From NCBI GenBank assembly GCA_050872605.1, contig JBNMHD010000009.1: a stretch of DNA of 64,000 nt; one strand, 5' to 3'. The DNA comes from Fusicatenibacter sp. Its GTDB lineage: Bacteria; Bacillota; Clostridia; Lachnospirales; Lachnospiraceae. Of this stretch, positions 60,533-64,000 are shown piece by piece. The notes under the pieces are model-generated. The model worked only from the letters and a program-made list of their open reading frames with translations. It did no database searches and was not told the DNA's origin. Position 1 is the first letter of the stretch. The number at the start of each line of letters is the position of its first letter. The position numbers and the translations under genes were made by a program.

Positions 60533-61739
60533 AGCCCATTCTCCTTCTGATTGTGGATACACTTTCGATCAGTGCATCAATCTCTTCCGGTGTATTATAA
60601 AACATCATGCTGGCTCTTGTCGAACTTCGGACGCCAAGATATTCCAGAAGCGGCTGTGCACAGTGGTGGCCTGCCCGCACATCGATGCCGTCAGAAGAAA
60701 GAATTTCGCTCACATCGTGCGGATGCACGCCGTCAATCGTAAACGAAACGATGCCCGTGTGGTTGGCCGGATCTTTGGAACCGAGGATATGAACGTACGG
60801 CAGCGCGCCGAGTCCTTCCATAGCACGTTGCGTCAGTTCCAGCTCTTTTTTCTGGATATAATCAAATCCTTTTTCCTGCAGATACCGGATCGCTGCGGCC
60901 AGCCCCACCGCACCGGCTGCATTTACCGTTCCCGCCTCAAATTTCTGCGGAACCGGTGCAAAAACGGCTCCGTCGCGGTGAACGGAATCGATCATCTCGC
61001 CTCCGGTTAAAAACGGCGGCATTTTTTCCAGCAGTTCCCGTTTTCCATACAGACAGCCGATTCCCATCGGGCCCATCAGCTTATGGCCGGAAAAGGCGAG
61101 AAAATCTGCATCCAGCGCCTGTACGTCGACCGGCATATGCGGAACGCTCTGGGCGCCGTCCACAACGACAACGGCTCCCACGCGGTGCGCCATCTCCGTG
61201 ATTTTCCGGATCGGATTCACGCAGCCGAGCACATTCGATACCTGAGCAACAGCCACAAGACGTGTTCTCTCATTAATGCCCTTTTGGAGCTCCTCATCGG
61301 TCAGTTCGCCCTCACTGGTACATTCCAGATAATGGAGCTTCGCCCCAGTCATACGCGACACCATCTGCCACGGAAGCAGATTGCTGTGATGCTCCATGAT
61401 TGTTACAGCGATCTCGTCGCCTTCCTTTAAAAAGTTCAGGCCATAGCTGTATGCCACAAGGTTCAGGCTCTCCGTCGTATTCCGGGTGAAAATAACCTCC
61501 TCCGGCTCTTCTGCATGGATAAACTCCTGCACCGTTTTCCGCGCTTCCTGATAGCTCTCTGTCGCCTCGAGGCTTAATGGATAGAAGCCGCGCAGAGGAT
61601 TCGCATTTTTCTGTTCGTAAAATTCCTGCACTGCCGCAAGGACACACGATGGGCGCTGGGCCGTCGCTGCGTTGTCCAGATAGATCGTGTCCATTTGCTG
61701 CAGAAGCGGAAAATCTTTTCTGTTGTTATCTGTTGTCAC
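60522..61739 (-). CDS. sufS: cysteine desulfurase SufS
   Basis: 'FSGHKLMGPMG' carries the PLP Lys and 'RAGHHCAQPL' the catalytic Cys. The GTG start at 61739 is 7 nt after GGAGGTG. Confidence 0.9.
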   Translation of the reverse strand: MTTDNNRKDFPLLQQMDTIYLDNAATAQRPSCVLAAVQEFYEQKNANPLRGFYPLSLEATESYQEARKTVQEFIHAEEPEEVIFTRNTTESLNLVAYSYGLNFLKEGDEIAVTIMEHHSNLLPWQMVSRMTGAKLHYLECTSEGELTDEELQKGINERTRLVAVAQVSNVLGCVNPIRKITEMAHRVGAVVVVDGAQSVPHMPVDVQALDADFLAFSGHKLMGPMGIGCLYGKRELLEKMPPFLTGGEMIDSVHRDGAVFAPVPQKFEAGTVNAAGAVGLAAAIRYLQEKGFDYIQKKELELTQRAMEGLGALPYVHILGSKDPANHTGIVSFTIDGVHPHDVSEILSSDGIDVRAGHHCAQPLLEYLGVRSSTRASMMFYNTPEEIDALIESVSTIRRRMGYGE

Positions 61740-62784
61740 GGTCAAGCACCTCCGCAAGCTGTGTTTTTACCTTCTGCTCGATGGCTGCATCACCGATCTT
61801 CTGGATTTTTGCCTCCAGTTTTGCCCACGCCATCGTATTCTCCGCCTGCGTGCGGTCCATGCCGCGCGCTCCGAAGTAAAACAGCGTCTCTTCATCGAGT
61901 TCTCCAATTGCCGCGCCGTGGCTTCCCTGTACGTTTTCCTCTGCACAGAGGATCACAGGAATCGTCTTGTTGACTACATCATCGCCGAGCAGCAATACCT
62001 GTTCTGTCTCTGCTCCGACGGAATCTGCCGATCCGCGCACAAATTCAATCGTACCGCGGAAGATCTTTTCCGCCGCATCCATCAGCGTTCCGTCTGCCTG
62101 GATCGTGCTCTCTGTCACTTTTCCGAAGTGGCGCACATTCAGGTTCACGTCAAATTTCTGCTGATTCTGCAGAAGATAACCGATTTCCGTCTGCAGCGAT
62201 GCGTGATCCTTCTGCAGCTCGGTCCAGATGCCGTCATACACATCGCCTCTTCCGACAATGACCTGTAAAAGATCCAGTGCACCATTTTTCTCGCAGATGC
62301 ATCCGACATCATTTAAAAGCTCCTGTCCCTCACCGCGCATCATCACCTGCACGAGCCGGATGCGGCTGTCTTTTTTCGCATAAAGTTCTGTCCGCACCGC
62401 GAGCTGTCCCGCTGCCTGTGCCGGTTCAAATACCTCGAAAACGGTAAGGGAAGCTCCCTCTTCTGCCGCCGCGCGGATCTTTCCGGATGAAACCGTCTCT
62501 TTTCCCTGTCCGATGGAAAGCGTGACCTGTTTCGTCTTCCCCTCCTTTGCAGAGACACTCCAGTTTTTCGTCTGCTCCGGTGCAAAAAGAATATCCGTCT
62601 CTTTTCCTGCCCCGGTATTTACAGTTTCCGGAAAATCCGTTATCTCATCATCCGCAGACGGCTCTTCCGCGCAGATTTCGCACGGCGCACCCGCCGCCCA
62701 TTTTACTTTTGTATCATTTAATCCCAGCCAGTACCATGTTTTCGATGGAAGCTGGTTGATTTTCATGCTGTTCTGTTCTTCCAT
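61726..62784 (-). CDS. sufD: Fe-S cluster assembly protein SufD
   Basis: About 352 aa from the ATG at 62784, which follows AAGGAGG. The C-terminal beta-helix region 'RGSADSVGAETEQVLLL...CAEENVQGSHGAAIGELDEE' is SufB/D-type. Confidence 0.85.
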   Translation of the reverse strand: MEEQNSMKINQLPSKTWYWLGLNDTKVKWAAGAPCEICAEEPSADDEITDFPETVNTGAGKETDILFAPEQTKNWSVSAKEGKTKQVTLSIGQGKETVSSGKIRAAAEEGASLTVFEVFEPAQAAGQLAVRTELYAKKDSRIRLVQVMMRGEGQELLNDVGCICEKNGALDLLQVIVGRGDVYDGIWTELQKDHASLQTEIGYLLQNQQKFDVNLNVRHFGKVTESTIQADGTLMDAAEKIFRGTIEFVRGSADSVGAETEQVLLLGDDVVNKTIPVILCAEENVQGSHGAAIGELDEETLFYFGARGMDRTQAENTMAWAKLEAKIQKIGDAAIEQKVKTQLAEVLDRDNR

Positions 62785-62797
62785 GTGTCTGGCCTCC

Positions 62798-64000
62798 TTA
62801 TCCAATGCTGCCCTTCATCTCGAGGCGGATCAGATTGTTCATCTCCACCGCGTACTCCAGCGGCAGTTCTTTTGAAACATCATCCGCGAATCCGCTGACG
62901 ATGCACGCTCTCGCATCCTCTTCCGTCATGCCGCGCGACATCAGATAAAAGACTGCTTCATCGCTGATGCTTCCGATCTGTGCTTCATGGCCGATGTTCG
63001 CATCTTTTGTACGGATATCCATCGCCGGAATCGTGTCCGACCGGGAGATATCATCGAGCATCAGAGACTGGCAGGAAACGGCTGATTTCGTGTTCTTTGC
63101 CGCTTTTGTTGCAGAGACTGACGAACGGAAGGTGCTGATGCCGCCGTCCTTCGAGATCGATTTCGTGTTAATATAGGAACTCGTATCCGGCGCGCTGTGG
63201 ACAACCTTCGCTCCGGTATCGAGATTCTGGCCTTTACCGGCGAACGTGATGCCGGTAAATTCCATCTTTGCGCCTCTTCCTTTCAGCACGCTCATCGGGT
63301 ACAGATAGGAAACGTGGGAGCCGAATGAACCGGAAACCCACTCGATCTTTCCGCCCTCCTCGACCTGCGCGCGCTTCGTGTTCAGGTTGTACATATTCTT
63401 TGACCAGTTTTCAATCGTAGAATAACGGAGTCTTGCATTCTTTCCGACAAACAGCTCCACACATCCGGCATGGAGGTTGGCCACATTGTATTTCGGTGCG
63501 GAACAGCCCTCGATAAAGTGAAGGTCCGCATCCTCATCGACAATAATCAGCGTATGCTCGAACTGGCCTGCGCCCGGCGCATTCAGGCGGAAATACGACT
63601 GCAGCGGGATTTCCACGGAAACCCCCTTCGGCACATAGACAAACGAACCGCCGGACCAGACGGCTCCGTGCAGTGCGGCAAATTTGTGGTCGGTCGGTTT
63701 CACCAGTTTCATAAAGTGTTTCCGCACCATATCCGCGTACTCACCATGCAGCGCACTCTCCATATCGGTATAGACAACACCCTGAGCCGCAACTTCCGCG
63801 CGGACGTTGTGATAGACCAGCTCCGAATCATACTGTGCGCCCACACCGGCGAGCGATTTCCGCTCTGCCTGCGGGATGCCGAGCCGTTCAAACGTATTTT
63901 TGATATCATCCGGCACATCGGACCATTTTGCTTTCATTTTGGTATTCGGGCGAACATATGTGACAATGTCGTCCATGTTCAGCCCCTCAATCGACGGACC
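62798..64000 (-). CDS. sufB: Fe-S cluster assembly protein SufB, 5'-truncated by the window edge
   Basis: The frame stays open to nt 64000. 'GPSIEGLNMDDIVTYVRPN...DDIKNTFERLGIPQAE' aligns to about residue 85 onward of B. subtilis SufB, so the ATG at 63976 is internal. Confidence 0.9.
   Translation of the reverse strand, partial: GPSIEGLNMDDIVTYVRPNTKMKAKWSDVPDDIKNTFERLGIPQAERKSLAGVGAQYDSELVYHNVRAEVAAQGVVYTDMESALHGEYADMVRKHFMKLVKPTDHKFAALHGAVWSGGSFVYVPKGVSVEIPLQSYFRLNAPGAGQFEHTLIIVDEDADLHFIEGCSAPKYNVANLHAGCVELFVGKNARLRYSTIENWSKNMYNLNTKRAQVEEGGKIEWVSGSFGSHVSYLYPMSVLKGRGAKMEFTGITFAGKGQNLDTGAKVVHSAPDTSSYINTKSISKDGGISTFRSSVSATKAAKNTKSAVSCQSLMLDDISRSDTIPAMDIRTKDANIGHEAQIGSISDEAVFYLMSRGMTEEDARACIVSGFADDVSKELPLEYAVEMNNLIRLEMKGSIG

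Noticed and set aside
63976-64000. The ATG at 63976 as the sufB start codon.
   Set aside because: The frame is open to the window edge, and the residues align to about position 85 of full-length SufB. The gene is truncated by the window, not short.

Overview
This is a 64-kb chromosomal segment from a Gram-positive anaerobe. The gene order TIGR03960 radical SAM, TIGR03936, RNase G, rplU, prp, rpmA, obg, yhbY, nadD, yqeK, rsfS, together with sortase-type anchors and Pro/Thr linkers, suggests Clostridia, possibly Lachnospiraceae-like; that placement is inference only. About 90% of the coding sequence is on the minus strand. I found no rRNA, tRNA, CRISPR array, transposase or integrase. All family assignments come from motifs read by eye; no HMM or BLAST search was possible.

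Content from left to right:
- lacZ (GH2) with a divergent AraC regulator, a nitroreductase and a hypothetical protein.
- A roughly 9.4-kb accessory locus (5538-14905) built around an ApbE flavin transferase. It carries three secreted or anchored proteins with seven FMN-binding domains in total, a NapH-like membrane polyferredoxin, a NusG-domain-II protein paired with a Gx transporter, and a 1171-aa sortase-anchored surface protein containing a near-identical 1158-bp tandem duplication of a module I cannot assign.
- pflB, a glycoside-hydrolase-like gene, and a small AT-rich islet with two convergent mini-ORFs.
- The conserved ribosome and Obg housekeeping block, then degV, a CPBP protease, RNase G, the radical SAM pair and an M42 peptidase.
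- A citrate and tricarboxylate region: a beta-propeller lactonase-like gene, a permease, citDEF, a 52-aa ORF and a 761-aa aconitase paralog in one operon; two LysR regulators; a gltA-like, acn, icd operon; and citXG (fused), citC and yitT.
- ctc, a CbpA-like J-protein, an Fe-ADH, a Lys-rich small protein, a MATE transporter, hisJ, an amino-acid ABC transporter, eno, and sufU, sufS, sufD and sufB (sufB is cut by the window edge).

The best candidate for a new system is the ApbE/FMN-domain electron-export locus with its undefined surface module. The second is the composite cit operon.
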